The position numbers and the translations under genes were made by a program. Positions 45,301 through 62,715 of a DNA stretch of 64,000 nt are shown here, in pieces. Position 1 is the stretch's first letter. Each line of letters begins with the position of its first letter. The DNA comes from the human T2T-CHM13v2.0 reference genome, Homo sapiens. The notes under the pieces were generated by a model. The model was not told the origin of the DNA. It did no database searches and worked only from the letters and a program-made list of their open reading frames with translations. Location: the NCBI RefSeq assembly GCF_009914755.1, contig NC_060945.1; one strand, 5' to 3'.

Positions 45301-48300
45301 GCGATCAGTGCAGAGATATGTCCCAATATCCCTCTAGGCAGAGCTTAGAGAAGAGTCACATCTCCTGGGTGATCAGTGCAGAGATAAGTCACAATGCCCC
45401 CGTAGGCAGATCTTAGACAAGAGTTACATAACCCAGGTGATCCGCGCAGAGTGATGTCACAACGCCCTCTGTAGGCAGAGACTAGAAAAGAGTTACATCA
45501 CCTGGGTGATCAGTGCAGAGACATGTGAAAAGTCCCCTTTAAGCAGAGCCAAGACAATAGTTACATCACCTGAGTGATCAGTGCAGAGATCTGTCACAAT
45601 GCCCCTTTAGGCAGAGCTTAGACCAGACTTACATCACCTGGGTGATCAGTGCAGAGATATGTCACAATGCCCCCATAGGCAAATCCAAGACAGGAGTCCG
45701 TCACCTGGGTCATCAGTGCAGAAATACGTGACAAGGCCCCCAGTAGGCAGAGGCTTAAGAAGACTCCCATCACCTGGGTGATCAGTGCAGAGATATTCAA
45801 TAATATATCTGACCTGCAGGCAGAGCATAAGCAAGAGTTACATCACCTACATCATCAGTGCAGAGATATGTCACAAGGCCCCCTACAGGCAGAGCCTGGA
45901 CAAGAGTTACATCACCTCAGTGATCAATGCAGTGATATGTCACTATGCCCCGTAGGCAGAGGCTAGTCAAGCGTTGCATCACCTGGTAGATCAGTGCAGA
46001 GATATTTCACAAATACCCCATACAAGGAGCCTAGACAAGAGTCCCATCACCTGGGTGATCAGTGTAGAAATATGTCACAATGCCCCCATAGGCAGATCCA
46101 ACACAAGAGTTACATCACCTGGGTGATCATTGTAGAGATATTTCACAATGCCCACATAGGCAGAGCCTAGACAAAACTCCCATCACCTGGGTGATCAGTG
46201 AAGAGATATGTCACAAGCCCCCTGTAGGCAGAGCCTAGAAAAGAGTTATATCACCTGGGTGATCAGTGCAGTGATATGTCACAATGCCGTGTAGCCATAG
46301 CCAAGAATAAAGCAATAGCACCTGGGAGATCAGTGCAGAGATACGTCACAATGTTCCCAGTGGGCAGAGACCAGACAAGAGTTAGAACACTTCGGGATCA
46401 GCGCAGAGATATATCTCAATCCCACAGTGGGCACAGCCTAGACAATAGTTACATCACCTCGGTTAACAGTGCAGAGATATGTCAAAATGCCCCTGTAAGC
46501 AGAGCCTACACAAGTGTTACATCACTTAGGTGATCAGTGCAGAGATATGTCACAATACCCCCTGTAAGCAGAGCCTAGACAAGAGTTACATCACGTGGGT
46601 GATCAGTGCAGAGATATGTGACAAGGCCCCTTTAAGCAGAGCCTAGACAATAGTTACATGACCTGAGTGATCAATGCAGAGATCTGTCACAATGTCATTT
46701 TAGGCAGAGCTTAGACCAGAGTTACAACACCTGGCTGATCAGTGCAGAGATATGTCACAATGCCCCCATAGGCAAATCCAAGACAAGAGTCCGTCACCTG
46801 GGTGATCAGTTCAGAAATATGTGAGAATGACACCAGTAGTCAGAACTTAGAGAAGAGTCCCTTCACCTGGGTGATCAGTGCAGAGATATTTCACAAAGCC
46901 CCCTTTGGGCAGAGGGTAGACAAGAGTTACTTCACCTAGATGATCAGTGCAGAGATATGTCACAATGTCCCCTGTAGGCAAAGCCTAGGCAAGAGTTACA
47001 TCACCTTTGTCATCAGTTCAGGGATATGTGAAAACGGCCCTGTAGGCAGAGGCTAGACAAGAGTTACATCACCTCGGTTAACAGTGAAGAGATATGTCAC
47101 AATACCCCCTGTAGGCAGATACTAGACAAGAGTTGAATCACCTGAATGATCAGTGCAGAGATATTTCACAATGCCACCTTTGGGCAGAGGGTAGATAAGA
47201 GTTACATCACCTAGGTGATCAGTGCAGAGATTTGTAAAATTTCCCTGTTTACAGTGCTTATAAAATTGTTACATCACCTAAGTGGTCAGTGCAGAGATAT
47301 GTCACAAAGCTCCTGTAGGCAGAACTTAAAAGAGTGACGTCAACTGGGTGATCATTGCAAAGGTATGTCACAAAGCCCCTGTAGGCAAAGCCTAGACAAT
47401 ACTTACATCACTTGGGTGATCAGTGGCGAGATCTCTCACAATTCCCCTGTAGGCAGAACTTATACAACAGTTACATCACCTAGGTGAACAATGCAGTGAT
47501 TTGTCAAAATTCCCTGTGGGCAGTGCTTATAAAACTGTTACATCATCTAAGAGATCTGTGCAGAGATATGTCACAAAGCTCCTGTAGGCAGAACTTAGAT
47601 GACTTACATCAGCTGTGTAATCAGTGCAAAGGTATGACACAAAGCCCCCTGTAGGCAAAGCCTAGACAATAGTTACATCACTTGGGTGATCAGTGGCAAC
47701 ATCTCTCACAATTCCCCTGTAGGCAGAGCTTATACAACAGTTACATCACCTGGGTGCTCAGTGCAGAGATATGTCACAATGCCCCCATAGGCAGACCCAA
47801 GACATGAGTCCGTTACCTGGGTGATCATTGCAGAAATGTATCACAATGCCCCCTTAGGCAGAGCCTAGACAAAAGCCACAACACCTGGATGATCAGTGCA
47901 GATTTATGTCACAAAGTCCCTTTAGGCAGATCCTAGACAAGAGTTACATCACTTGGATGATCAGTGCAGAGATATGTCACAATGCCATTGTAGGCAGAGC
48001 TTAGACAAGAGTTACATGACCTAGGTGATCAGTGCAGACATACATCACAATCTCCCTGTAGGCAGAGCCTTGGCAAGTGGTACATCACCTGTGTGATCAT
48101 TGCAGGGATATGTCACAAAGCACCATGTAGGCAGATCCTAGAAAAGAGTTACATCACCTGGTTGATCAGTGCAGAGATATGTCAAAATGCCACTGTAGGC
48201 AGAGCCTAGATAAGTTACATGACCTAGGTGATCAGTGCAGATATATATCACAATGCCCCTGTAGGCAGAGCCTTGACAAGTGTTATATCACCTGGGTGAT

Positions 48301-49432
48301 CATTGCAGGGATGTCACAAAGCACCGTGTAGGCAGATCCTTGAGAAGAGTTATATCACCTGGGTGATCAGTGCAGAGATATGTCACAAGCCCCCTATAGG
48401 CAGAGCATAGACAAGAGTTATATCACCTGGGTGATCAGTGCAGTGATATGTCACAATGCCGTGTAGCCAGATCATAGACTAAAGTTACAGCACATGGGAG
48501 ATCAGTGCAGAGATATGTCACAATGTCCCCAGTAGGCAGTGACCAGGCAATGTCCACCTGTGGGCACAGCCTAGACAAGAGATACGTCACCTCGGTTAAC
48601 AGTGCAGAGATATGTCAAAAAGCCCCTGTAGGCAGATCCTACACTACTGTTTCATCACTTAGGTGATCAGTGCAGAGATATGTCACAATACTCCCTGTAA
48701 ATAGAGCCTAGACAAGAGTTACATCACCTGGGTCATCAGTGCAGAGATCTGTCACAATGCCCCTTTCGGGAGAGCTTAGACCAGGGTTACATCACCTGGG
48801 TGATCAGTGCAGAGATATGTCACAATGCCCCCATAGGCAAATCCAAGACAGTAGTCCATCACGTGGGTGATCAGGGCAGACATGTGTGACAATGTCCCCA
48901 GTAAGCAAAGCCTAGAGAAGGGACACATCACCTGGGTGATCAGTGCAGAGATATTTCACAATGCCCCTGCTGGCAGAGCGTAAACAAGAGTTACATCACG
49001 TAGATCATCAGTGCAGAGATATGTCACAAGGCCCCCTATACGCAGAGCCTGGACAAGTGTTACATCACCTCAGTGATCAATGCAGTGATATGTCACTATA
49101 CCCCGTAGGCAGAGCATAGTCAAGCGTTACATCATCTGGGTGATCAGTGCAGAGATATGTCACACAGCCCCCATACACAGAGCCTAGAAGAGTCCCAACA
49201 CCTGGGTCATCAGTGCAGAAATATGTCACAATGCCCCCGTAGGCAGATCCAACACAACAGTTACATCACCTGGGTGATCAGTGTAGAGATATGTCACAGT
49301 GGCCCCATAGGCAGAACCTTGACAAAAGTCCCATCACCTGGGTGATCAGCGCAGAGATATGTCGCAAAGCCCCTGTAGGCAGAGCCTAGAGAAGAGTTAT
49401 ATAACTTTGTTGATCAGTTCGGAGATATGTCA
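42397..49432 (+). repeat. Beta satellite block
   Basis: Tandem 68-bp monomers. Confidence 0.95.
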
Positions 49433-50048
49433 TGGTGACTGTTTGCTCCAGGAGATCTTCAGTCACCCTGAAACATGCACGGAAGGTTGGAAGTCCAGCA
49501 TGGTGCAATTGCTCTCCTTGCCAGTTTCCAAACTGGCCACACTGCAGACTCCCCATGTTGCCGCAAACGGGAATCCTTCATCAGACTATCACGCCGTGGA
49601 GGCATCTTATCTCTGGGGTCTCGCTGTGGTCTCCTACGTGGAAATGAATGAAAGCCACAGGCCTGCCTGTGTGAGACTGTCTCCGCACACACAGGCACTG
49701 CCTCATTCACGGAGAGAGGGCCTGGAACACTCCAGACTCCCATGGAGGTTCAGTTCCACACTCCCCTCCAACCTCCCAGGCCGGTTTCTCCCTGCTGAAG
49801 AAGCGTGGGAGCCCAGAGAGCAGCTTCCATTTCCCGTGGGATTCCTAGAGAGGTCCAGAAAGCCAGCCCCCGAAACGCGCCCCCCTCACCACTTCCTCCT
49901 CGCCCCCTTCCTCTTCGTCTCTCCGGCACCACCACCGCCATCACAACGCCCTCTCCCCACACCCCACCACCACCAGGCCGCAGGCCTCGACCACCTGGGA
50001 CCCTTCCGGTGTGGGGCGGTCTGTCCCAGGTCTCACCCCCATTCATGA

Positions 50049-51454
<1,406 letters not shown>

Positions 51455-52160
51455 GATGCGGTGTTGGGACGGGGTCGGGTCGGGGCAGGGCGGTGGCCTC
51501 TCTTTCGCAGGGAACACCTGGCTGGCTATGGAGGGGCGTGTCTTCCCCCCACCCCCTCCACCGGGCTGACAGGCCTGGGATTCCTGCATTCTAGGACTAG
51601 GCCAGGTGAGAGACTCCACACAGCAGAGAACTGCCATTCTTTCCTGGGCATCCCAGGGATCCCAGAGCCGGCCCAGGTACCAACAGGTGGGGCGCCTACT
51701 GTGCATGCGAGGGTTTGCTGGCAGCCGCCTGAGCTGTGGGAGCAGCCCGGGCAGAGCCCTCATGCCTTTCCACCACCCCACTAAGGCCTGACCACCCCCA
51801 CCCCACCCCCACACCCACCCCCGGAAATTGTGTCCTCCCCTGGGCTGGGTGGAGACCCCCGTCCTGCGAAACACCGGGCCAGCGAAGCATCCAGGCCTGA
51901 CACCCCTCTGGCGGCTCGCCTCCTCTGTGCCTCTATGCCACCGTCGCCAGCCCGCCCCTACCCCTGCAACCTCCCAGCTGCCACCATGGAGTGCCTGGCG
52001 GCCGAACGCAGACCTCTAGCCGTCTTTGCCGGCCTCCTGGCTAGACCTGTGCTCATTGCGCACCCTGGCTGACCTGCAAGGGAGACCGCTGGCCTCTCTG
52101 TGCCCTTGTGCGTCCATGAAATTCCGGCTGAGGCTCTCCCAACACCTTCTGAAGCTCTTT

Positions 52161-52668
52161 AGTCAAAGCCTGGAGAATTTTTACATCTCCTGGATGATCG
52201 GTTCAGAAATATGTCACAATGCCCCCTCCCTGAGGAGCCTAGAGAAGATTTGCATCATTTGGTTGATCAGTGCAGAGATATATCACAATGTCCCTTGTAC
52301 AAAAATGCTGGAAATGATTTACATCACCTCGGTGATCAGTGCATAGGTATGTCAGAAATACCCAATAGGCTGAACCTAGAAAAGGGTTACATCACTTAGG
52401 TGATCAGTGTAGAGATTTATGAAAATTCCCGTGGAGACAGAGCCTAGAGAAGTGTTACATCACCTAGTGATCAGTGCAGGGATATGTTGTAAAGCCTCCT
52501 GTAGGCAGAGTGTAGACAAGTGTTTCCTCCCTGGGGGGATCAGTGCAGAGTTATGTCACAAAGCCCCTGTAAGCAGAACCTTGTCAAGGGTTACATCACC
52601 TGTTTGATCAGTGGAAATGTATATCACAAACCCCCTGTAGGCAAAGTGCAGACAATTGTTACATCACC
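52161..52668 (+). repeat. Beta satellite, plus orientation, ending at an inversion junction
   Basis: ~7.5 monomers of the standard post-pLAM series. Confidence 0.92.
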
Positions 52669-54311
52669 CTGTAGGGGGGTATTGTGACATATCTCTGCAC
52701 TGATCGCTCAGTTGATCTAATATTTATCTAGGCTCTGCCTACAGGGGCGTTTTGACATAGCTCTGCACAGATCACTAGGTTATGTAACTCTTGTTCACTC
52801 TCTGCCTACAGGGGGCATTGTGAAATATCTCTGCACTGATCACCCAGGTGATGGGACTCTTCTCTATACTGTGCCTTGAGGGGTATTTGTGACATATCTC
52901 TGCACTGATCACCCAGGTGATGTAACATTTATCTAGGCTCTGCCTACAGGGGCGTTTTGACATAGCTCTGCACGGATCACCTAGGTTATGTAACTCTTGT
53001 CCACTCTCTGCCTACAGGGGGCATTGTGAAATATCTCTGCACTGATCACCCAGGTGATGGGACTCTTCTCTATACTCTGCCAAAAGGGCGATTTGTGACA
53101 TATCTCTGCACTGATCGCCCAGGTGATGGAAGTATTTTCTAGGCTCTGTCTATGGGGGCATTGTGTCAAATATCTCCACTGATCACCCAGGTGATGTAAC
53201 TCTTTCTAGGCTCTGTCTACAGGGATTTTTGTGACATATCACTGCACTGAACACCTAGGTGATGTAAGCCTTGTACGGGCTTTGCCTACAGAAGGCTTTG
53301 TGACATATCTGTGCACTGATCTCTGAGGTGATGCAACTCTTGTCTAGGCACTGCCTACAGGGGCTATTGGTACATATCTCTGCTCTGATCACCCAGGTGA
53401 TAGACTCTTGTCTTAGATCTGCCTACATGGACATTGTGACACATCTCTGAACTGATCAACCAAGTGATGAAACTATTGTCTAGTCTCTGCCTACAGGGGC
53501 TTTGTGACACATCTCTGCACTGATCACCCTTGGGAAGGAACTATTGTCTACGCTCTGCCTACAGGAGGCTTCATGACTTATACCTGCCCTGATAACCTAG
53601 GTGATGTAACAATTGTCTAGACTCTGCCTACACGGGAATTCTCACATATCTCTGCACTGATCACCCAGTTGATGTAACTCATTCCTAGGTTCAGCCTACA
53701 GGAGCGTTTTGACATATCTCTGCACTGATCACCCAGACGTTGTAACCCTTGTCTAAGCTCTGCCTACAGGGGCATTGTGACAGATCTCTCCACTGCTCAC
53801 CCAGGTGATGTAACAATTGTCTGGGCTTTGCCTACTGGGGGTTTGTGATATACATTTCCACTGATCAAACAGGTGATGTAACCCTTGTCAAGGTTCTGCT
53901 TACAGAGGCTTTGTGACATAACTCTGCACTGATCACCCCAGGGAGGAAACACTTTTCTACACTCTGCCTACAGGAGACTTTACAACTTATCCCTGCACTG
54001 ATCACTAGGTGATGTAACACTTGTCTAGGTTCTGTCTACACGGGAATTTTCACATATCTCTACACTGATCACCTAAGTGATTTAACCCTTGTCCATGTTC
54101 AGCTTACTGGGGATTTCTCACATACGTATGCACTGATCACCGAGGTGATGTAAATCATTTCCAGGCTTTTTGTACAGGGGACATTGTGATATATCTCTGC
54201 ACTGATCACCCAAATGATGCAAATCTTCTCTAGGCTCCGCAGGGAGGAGGCCTTGTGACACATTTCTGAACCGATCATCCAGGAGATGTAACTATTCTCC
54301 AGGCTTTGACT
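52669..54311 (-). repeat. Beta satellite, minus orientation
   Basis: Monomers read TGCACTGATCACCCAGGTGATG on +. Confidence 0.93.
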
Positions 54312-55016
54312 AAAGAGCATCGGAAGATGTTGAGAGAGCCTCAGCCAGAATTTCAGAGACGGACAAGGGCACAGAGAGGCCAGAGGGCTCCCTTGCACAT
54401 CACCCGGGGTGCGCAATGAGAGCAGGTCTAGCCAGGAGGCTGGCAAAGAGAGTTAGAAGTCTGCATTCCACCGCCAGTCCCTCCATAGTGGCAGCCGGGA
54501 GGCTTCAGGGGCACGCGCAGGACGGCGACGGTGGCGCAGAGGCACATAGGAGGCGAGCCGCCGGAGGTGTCAGGCCTGGACGCTGTGTGGGCCCGGTGTT
54601 TCGCGGGTTGATGGTTTGCACTCAGCCCAGGGGAGGACGCATTTTCTGTGGGTGGTGTGTGGGGGTTGGGAGGGTGTGGTCAGGCGGGGGTCGGGTGGTA
54701 GATAGGCATGAGAGCTCTACCCAGGCGGCTCCCACACAACAGGCGACTCCCCGCAAACCCGCATGTGCACAGTAGGCGACCCAACTGCTGGTACCTGGGC
54801 TGGCTCTGGGATCCCAGGGATGCCCAGGAAAGAATGGCAGTTCTCCGCTGTGTGGAGCCTCTCACCGGGCTTAGAGCTAGAAGGCAGGAATCCCATGCTG
54901 GTCAGCCCGGTGAAGGGGGTGGGGGGAAGACATGCCCCTCCGTAGCCAGCCAGTTGTTCCCCAAGAAAGAGAGGCCACTGCCCTGTCCCGACCCATCCCC
55001 GTCCCAACCCCGCATC

Positions 55017-56510
<1,494 letters not shown>

Positions 56511-57077
56511 TCAAGGCCTGCGGCCGGGGGGTAGTGGGGTGGATGGGGAGGGCATGATGATGGTGGTGGTGGGGCCGGAGGGATGAAGAGGAAGGGGGCG
56601 AGGGGGAAGGGGCGAGGGGGGAGCGTTTCGGGTGCTGGCTCTCCGGACCTCTCCAGGAATCCCGCGGGAACTGGAAGCTGCTCTCTGGGCTCCCACGCAT
56701 CTTCAGCAGGGAGAAACCGGCCTGGGAGGGTGGAGGGGAGTGTGGAACTGAACCTCCGTGGGAATCTTGAGTGTTCCAGGTCCTCTCTCCGTGAAGGAGG
56801 CAGTGCCTGTGGGTGTCGCCGTTGCCGGGACAGTCTCACACACACAGGTGTGTGGCTCTCGTTCATTTCCACGTAGGAGACCACAGGGAAACCCCAGAGA
56901 GAAGATGCCTCCCCGGCGTGATGTCCTGACGATGGATTCCAGTGTGCGGTAACATGGGGAGTCTGCAGTGTGGCTGATTTGGAAATTGGCAAGGAGAGCG
57001 AAGGCACCATGCCGGTCTTCCACCCTTCCATGCATGTTTCCGGGTGCCCGCAGAGCTCCGGGAACAAAGAGTCAGCA

Positions 57078-59447
57078 TGACACATCTCTGAACTGATCAA
57101 AAGTGATGTAACTCTTGTCTAGACTCTGCCTACAGGGGCTTTGTGACATATCTCTGCACTGGTCACCCAGGGGATGGGACTTATGTCTAGGCTCTGCCTA
57201 TGGGAGCATTGTGACATATCTCTACACTGATCACCCAGGTGATGTAACTGTTGTGGTGGATCTGCCTATGGGGCATAGTGACATATCACTGCAATGATCA
57301 CCGAGGTGATGTAACTCTTATCCAGGTTCTACCTATAGGGGGCCTTGTGACATATATCTGCACTGATCCCATAGGTTATGTAACACTTGCTTACGCTCTG
57401 CCAGCAGGGGCATTGTGAAATATGTCAGCACTGATCACCCAGGTGATGGGACTCTTCTCTAGGCTCTGCCTACTGGGGGCATTGTCAAATATTTCTGCAC
57501 TAATAACCCAGGTAACGGACTCTTGCCTTGGATTTGCCTATGGGGGCATTGTGACATATCTCTGCACTGATCACCCAGGTGATGTAACTCTGGTCTAAGC
57601 TTTGCCTAAAGGGGCATTGTGACAGATCTCTGCACTGATCACTCAGGTGATGTAACTATTGTCTAGGCTCTGCTTAAAGGGGGCTTGTAACATATCTCTG
57701 CACTGATCACCCAGGTGATGTAACACTTGCCTGGGCTCTGCTTCCAGGGGGTGTTGTGACATATCTCTGCACTGATAACCAAAGTGATGTAACACTTGTG
57801 TAGGCTCTGCCTACAGGGGCATTTTGACATATCTCTGCACTGTTAACCTTGGTGATGTAACCCTTGTCTACGCTGTGACCACAGGGGGATTGAGACATAT
57901 CTCTGCACTGATCCCGAGGTGATCCAACTCTTGCCTGGTCTCTGCCTACTGGGGAAATTGTGGCATATCTCTGCACTGATCTCCCAGGTGCTGTAACTTT
58001 AGTCTAGGCTCTGGCTACACGGCATTGTGACATATCACTGCACTGATCACCCAGGTGATATAACTCTTGTCTAGGCTCTGCCTACAGGGGGCTTGTGACA
58101 TATCTTTGCATTGATCACCCAGATGATATAACTCTTCTCTAGGATGTGCCTACAGGGTGCTTTGTGACATATCCCTGCAATGATCACCCAGGTGATATAC
58201 CACTTGTCAAGGCTCTGCCTACAGGGGCATTGTGATGTATCTCTGCACTGATCACCTAGGTCATGTAACTCTTGTTTAGGCTTTACCTACAGGGGCGTTG
58301 TGACATATCTCTGCAGTGATCACGCAGGTGATGTAACTCTTGTCTATATCTGCCTACTGGCGGCATTGTGACATATTTCTGCATTGATCACATAGGTGAT
58401 GCAATCTTGTCTAAGATCTGACTATGGGAGAATAGTGAAATATTTCTGCACTGATCACTCATGTTATGTAACGCTTGTCTGAGCTGCGCCTAAAGGGGAA
58501 TTGTGACAGATATCTCCACTGATTACCCAGGTGAAGTAACAGTTTTCTGTGATTTGTCTACAGGGGGCTTTGTGACATGTCTTTGCTCTGATCACCCAGG
58601 AGATGTAACTCTTGTCTAGGATCGGCCTACAGGGGCTTTGTGTCATGTTTCTGCACTGATCACCCTGGGGAGGGAACTCTTGTCTACTCTCTGCCTACAG
58701 GAGGCTCTTTGACTTATACCTGCACTGATAACCTAGGTGATGTAACACTTGTCTAGGCACTGCCTACACGGGAATTCTCACATATCTCTGCACTGATCAC
58801 ACAGGTGATGTAACTCCTGTCTAGGTTCAGCCTATAGGAGTGTTTTGACATATCTCTGCACTGATCACCCAGGTGATGTAACCCTTCTCTAAGCTCTGCC
58901 TACAGGGTCATTGTGACAAATCTCTCCACTGCTAACCCAGGTGATGTAACAATTGTCTGGGCTATGCCTACTGGGGGTTTGTGATATACATTTACACTGA
59001 TCAAACAGGTGATGTAACCCTTGTCAAGGTTCTGTCTACAGGGGCTTTGTGACATATCTCTGCACTGATCACCCCAGGGAGGAAACACTTGTCTACACTC
59101 TGCCTAAAGGAGGCTTTACGACTTATCCCTTCACTGATCACTAGGTGATGTAACACTTGTCAAGGCTCTGTCTACACGGGAATTTTCACATATCTCTGCC
59201 CTGATCACCTAAGTGATGTTACCCTTGGCTAGGTTCAGGTTACTGGGGATTTCTGACATACCTATGCACTGATCACCGAGGTGATGTAAATCATTTCCAG
59301 GTTTTTTGTATAGGGGACATTGGGATATATCTCTGCACTGATCACCCAAATGATGCAAATCTTTTCTACCCTCCACAGGGAGGGGGCATTGTGACATATT
59401 TCTGAACAGATCATCCAGGAGATGTAACTATTCTCCAGGCTTTGACT
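57078..59447 (-). repeat. Beta satellite block, minus orientation
   Basis: Tandem 68-bp monomers. Confidence 0.95.
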
Positions 59448-60315
59448 AAAGAGCGTCGGAAGGTGTTGGGAGAGCCTCAGCCAGAATTTCACGGACGGAC
59501 AAGGGTACAGAGAGGCCAGCGGGTTCCATTGCAGGTCAGCCGGGGATTGCAATGAGTGCACCTCTAGACAGGCGTCCAGCAAACAGAGCTAGAGGTCTGC
59601 GTTCCCCCGCCGGGCGCTCCATGGTTTCAGCTGGGAGGCTGCAGGGGCACGGGCGGGCCGGCGACGGTGGCTTGGAGGCACAGAGGAGGCGAGCCGCTGG
59701 AAGGGTGTCTGGCCTGGACGCTGGGCGCCCCGGTGTTTCACGGGACTGGGGTCTCCACCCAGCCCAGGGAAGAACGCATTTTCCGGGGGTGGGTAGTGAG
59801 GGTGGGGAAGGTGTGCAAAGGCGGGGGTGGGGTGGAGGAAAGGCATGAGAGCTTTGCCTGGGCTGCTCCCACAGCCCAGGCGGCTGTCCCCAAACCCGAA
59901 CGTGTGCAGTAGGTAGCCCACCTGCTGGTACCTAGGCCGGCTCTGGGATCCCCTGGATTCCCAGGAAAGAATGACAGTTCTCTGCTGTGTGGAGTCTCTC
60001 ACCGGGCCTAGAACTACAAGACAGGAATCCCAGGCCGGTCAGCCCAGTGGTCGTGGCGGGGGGAAGACACTCCCCTCCATAGAGAGCCAGGTGTTCCCCG
60101 CGAAAGAGAGGCCACCGCCCTGCCCCGACCCGACCTCCTCCCAACCACGCGTCCTAAAGCTCCTCCAGCATAGCCCGGTATTACTCCACGCTGAGGAGTG
60201 CTTCCACCGAGGCGGCCTCTTCCAAGGCCTCCAGCTCCCCCAGGGCCTCCGGTTCTAGGAAATGTTGCACCTGCTGCAGAAACTCCGGGCTCGCCAGTAG
60301 CTCATCCAGCAGCAG
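59448..60315 (-). repeat. D4Z4-derived unit J, 5'-truncated (~870 bp)
   Basis: pLAM-like tail, KpnI site, exon-2 region and last ~54 codons only. Confidence 0.9.
60154..60315 (-). pseudogene. DUX4L: DUX4-like C-terminal (activation-domain) remnant
   Basis: Minus strand reads [52 protein letters not shown]. Confidence 0.85.
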
Positions 60316-60347
60316 TGCATCCTGCAGTGATCCTGCAGTGCAACCTC

Positions 60348-62715
60348 CAGTGATCACGCAGGTGATGTAACTCTTGTCTATATCTGCCTACTGGCAGCAT
60401 TGTGGCATATTTCTGCACTGATCACCCAGGTGATGGACTCTTTTCTTGGATCTGCCTATGGGGGCATAGTGAATTATCTCTGCACTGAAGATCACCCGGG
60501 TTACGTAACTCTTGTCTAGGCTCTGCCTATGGTGGCATTGTGACTTACCTCTGCATTGATCACCCAGGAGATGAGACTCTTGTCTAAGCTCTGCCTAGAG
60601 GGACATTGGGACATATCACTGCTCTGATCGCTGAGGTGATGTAAAACTTGTCTAGGCTTTGCCTACAGGTGGCTTTGTGACATACCTTTGCACTGATCAC
60701 CCAGGTGATGTAACTCATCTACCTTCTGCCTACAGGAGCATTGTGACATATCTCTGCACTGATCAGTTAGGTGATGTAACACCTTTATAAGCACTGCCTG
60801 CAGGGAATTTTGACAAATCTCTGCACTGATCACCTAGGTGTTGTAACTCTTATCTACCCTCTGCCCAAAGGGGGCATTGTGAAATATCTCTGCACTGATC
60901 ACCCAGGTGATTCAACTCTTGACTAGAATCTGCCTACAAGGGGTATTTTGAAATATCTCTGCACTGATCAACTAGGTGATGTAACTGTTGTCTAGGCTCT
61001 GCCTACAGGGGCGTTTTCACATATCCCTGAACTGATGACTTAGGTGATGTAACTCTTGCCAAGGCTTTGCCTACAGGGGACATTGTGACATTTCTCTGCA
61101 CTAATCATCCAGGTGATGCAACTCTTCTCTATGCTCTGCCTACATGGGACATTGTGACATATCTCTGCCCTGATCACCCAGGTGATGTAACTCTTTTCTA
61201 GTCTCTGCCTACAGAGTGCGTTGTGACATCACTCTGCAGGAATCACCCAGGTTATGCAACGCTTGTCTAGGCTCTGCCTATGGGGGCATTGGGACTTATA
61301 TCTGCACGGATCACCCGTTTTATGTAACTCTTGTCTAGGCTCTGCCAATGGTGGCATTGTGACTTATCTCTGCACTGATCACCGAGGAGATGTGACTATT
61401 GACTAAGCTCTGAATAGAGGTACATTGGGACATATCTCTGCACTGATCGCTGAGGTGATATAAAACTTGTCTAGGCTTTGCCTATGGTTTGATTTATGAC
61501 ATATCTCTGCACTGATCACCCAGGTGATGTAACTCTTGTCTAGGCTCTCCTTACAGGGGGTATTGTGAGATATCTCTGCATTGATCACCCAGGTGATGTA
61601 ACTCTTGTCTAGGCTCTGTCTACAGGGATTTTTGTGTCATATCACTGCACTGATCACCTAGGTGAGGTAAGCCTTGTATGGGCTTTGACTACAAAAGGCT
61701 ATGTGACATATCTTTGAACCGATCTCTGAGGTGATGCAACTCTTGTCTAGGCGCTGCCTACACGGGACATTGGTACATTTCTCTGCACTTTTCACCCAGG
61801 TGGTGGACCCTTGTCTTAGATCTGCCTACATGGACATTGTGACACATCTCTGAACTGATCAACCAAGTGATGAAACTCTTGTCTAGGCTCTGTCTACATG
61901 GGCTTTGTGACACATCTCTGCACTGGTCATCCTGGGGAGGGAACTTTTGTCTATGCTTTGCCTACAGGAGGCTTTATGACTTATACCTGCACTGATAACC
62001 TAGCTGATGTAACACTTGTCTAGGCTCTGCCTACATGGGACTTCTCACATATCTCTGCACTGATCACCCAGGTGATGTAACTCCTGTCTAGGTTCAGACT
62101 ACAGGAGGGTTTTGACATATCTCTACACTGATCACCCAGGTGATGTAACCCTTGTGTAAGCTCTGCCTACAGGGTCATTTTGACCTATCTCTCCACTGCT
62201 GATCCAGGTGATGGAACAATTGTATGGGCTTTGCCTACAGGGGGCTTTGTGATATATATTTCCACTGATCAAACAGCCGATGGAACCTTTTTCAAGGTTT
62301 TGCTTACAGGGGCTTTGTGACATATCTCTGTACTGATCACCCCAGAGAGGAAACACTTGTCTACACTCTGCCTATAGGAGGTTTTACGACTTATCCCTGC
62401 ACTGATCACTAGGTGATGTAACACTTTTCTAGGTTCTGTCTACACGGGAATTTTCATGTATCTCTACACTGATCAGCTAAGTATTCTGACCCTTGTCTAG
62501 GTTCAGTCTACTGGGGATTTCTGATATACCTATGCACTGATCACCGAGGTGATGTAAATCATTTCCAGGCTTTTTGTACAGCAGACTTTGTGATGTATCT
62601 CTGTACTGATCACCCAAATGATGCAAATCTTCTCTAGGCTCTGCAGGGAGGGGTCATTGTGACATAATTCTGAACTGATCATCCAGTAGATGTAACAATT
62701 CTCCAGGCTTTGACT
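60348..62715 (-). repeat. Beta satellite block, minus orientation
   Basis: Tandem 68-bp monomers. Confidence 0.95.
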
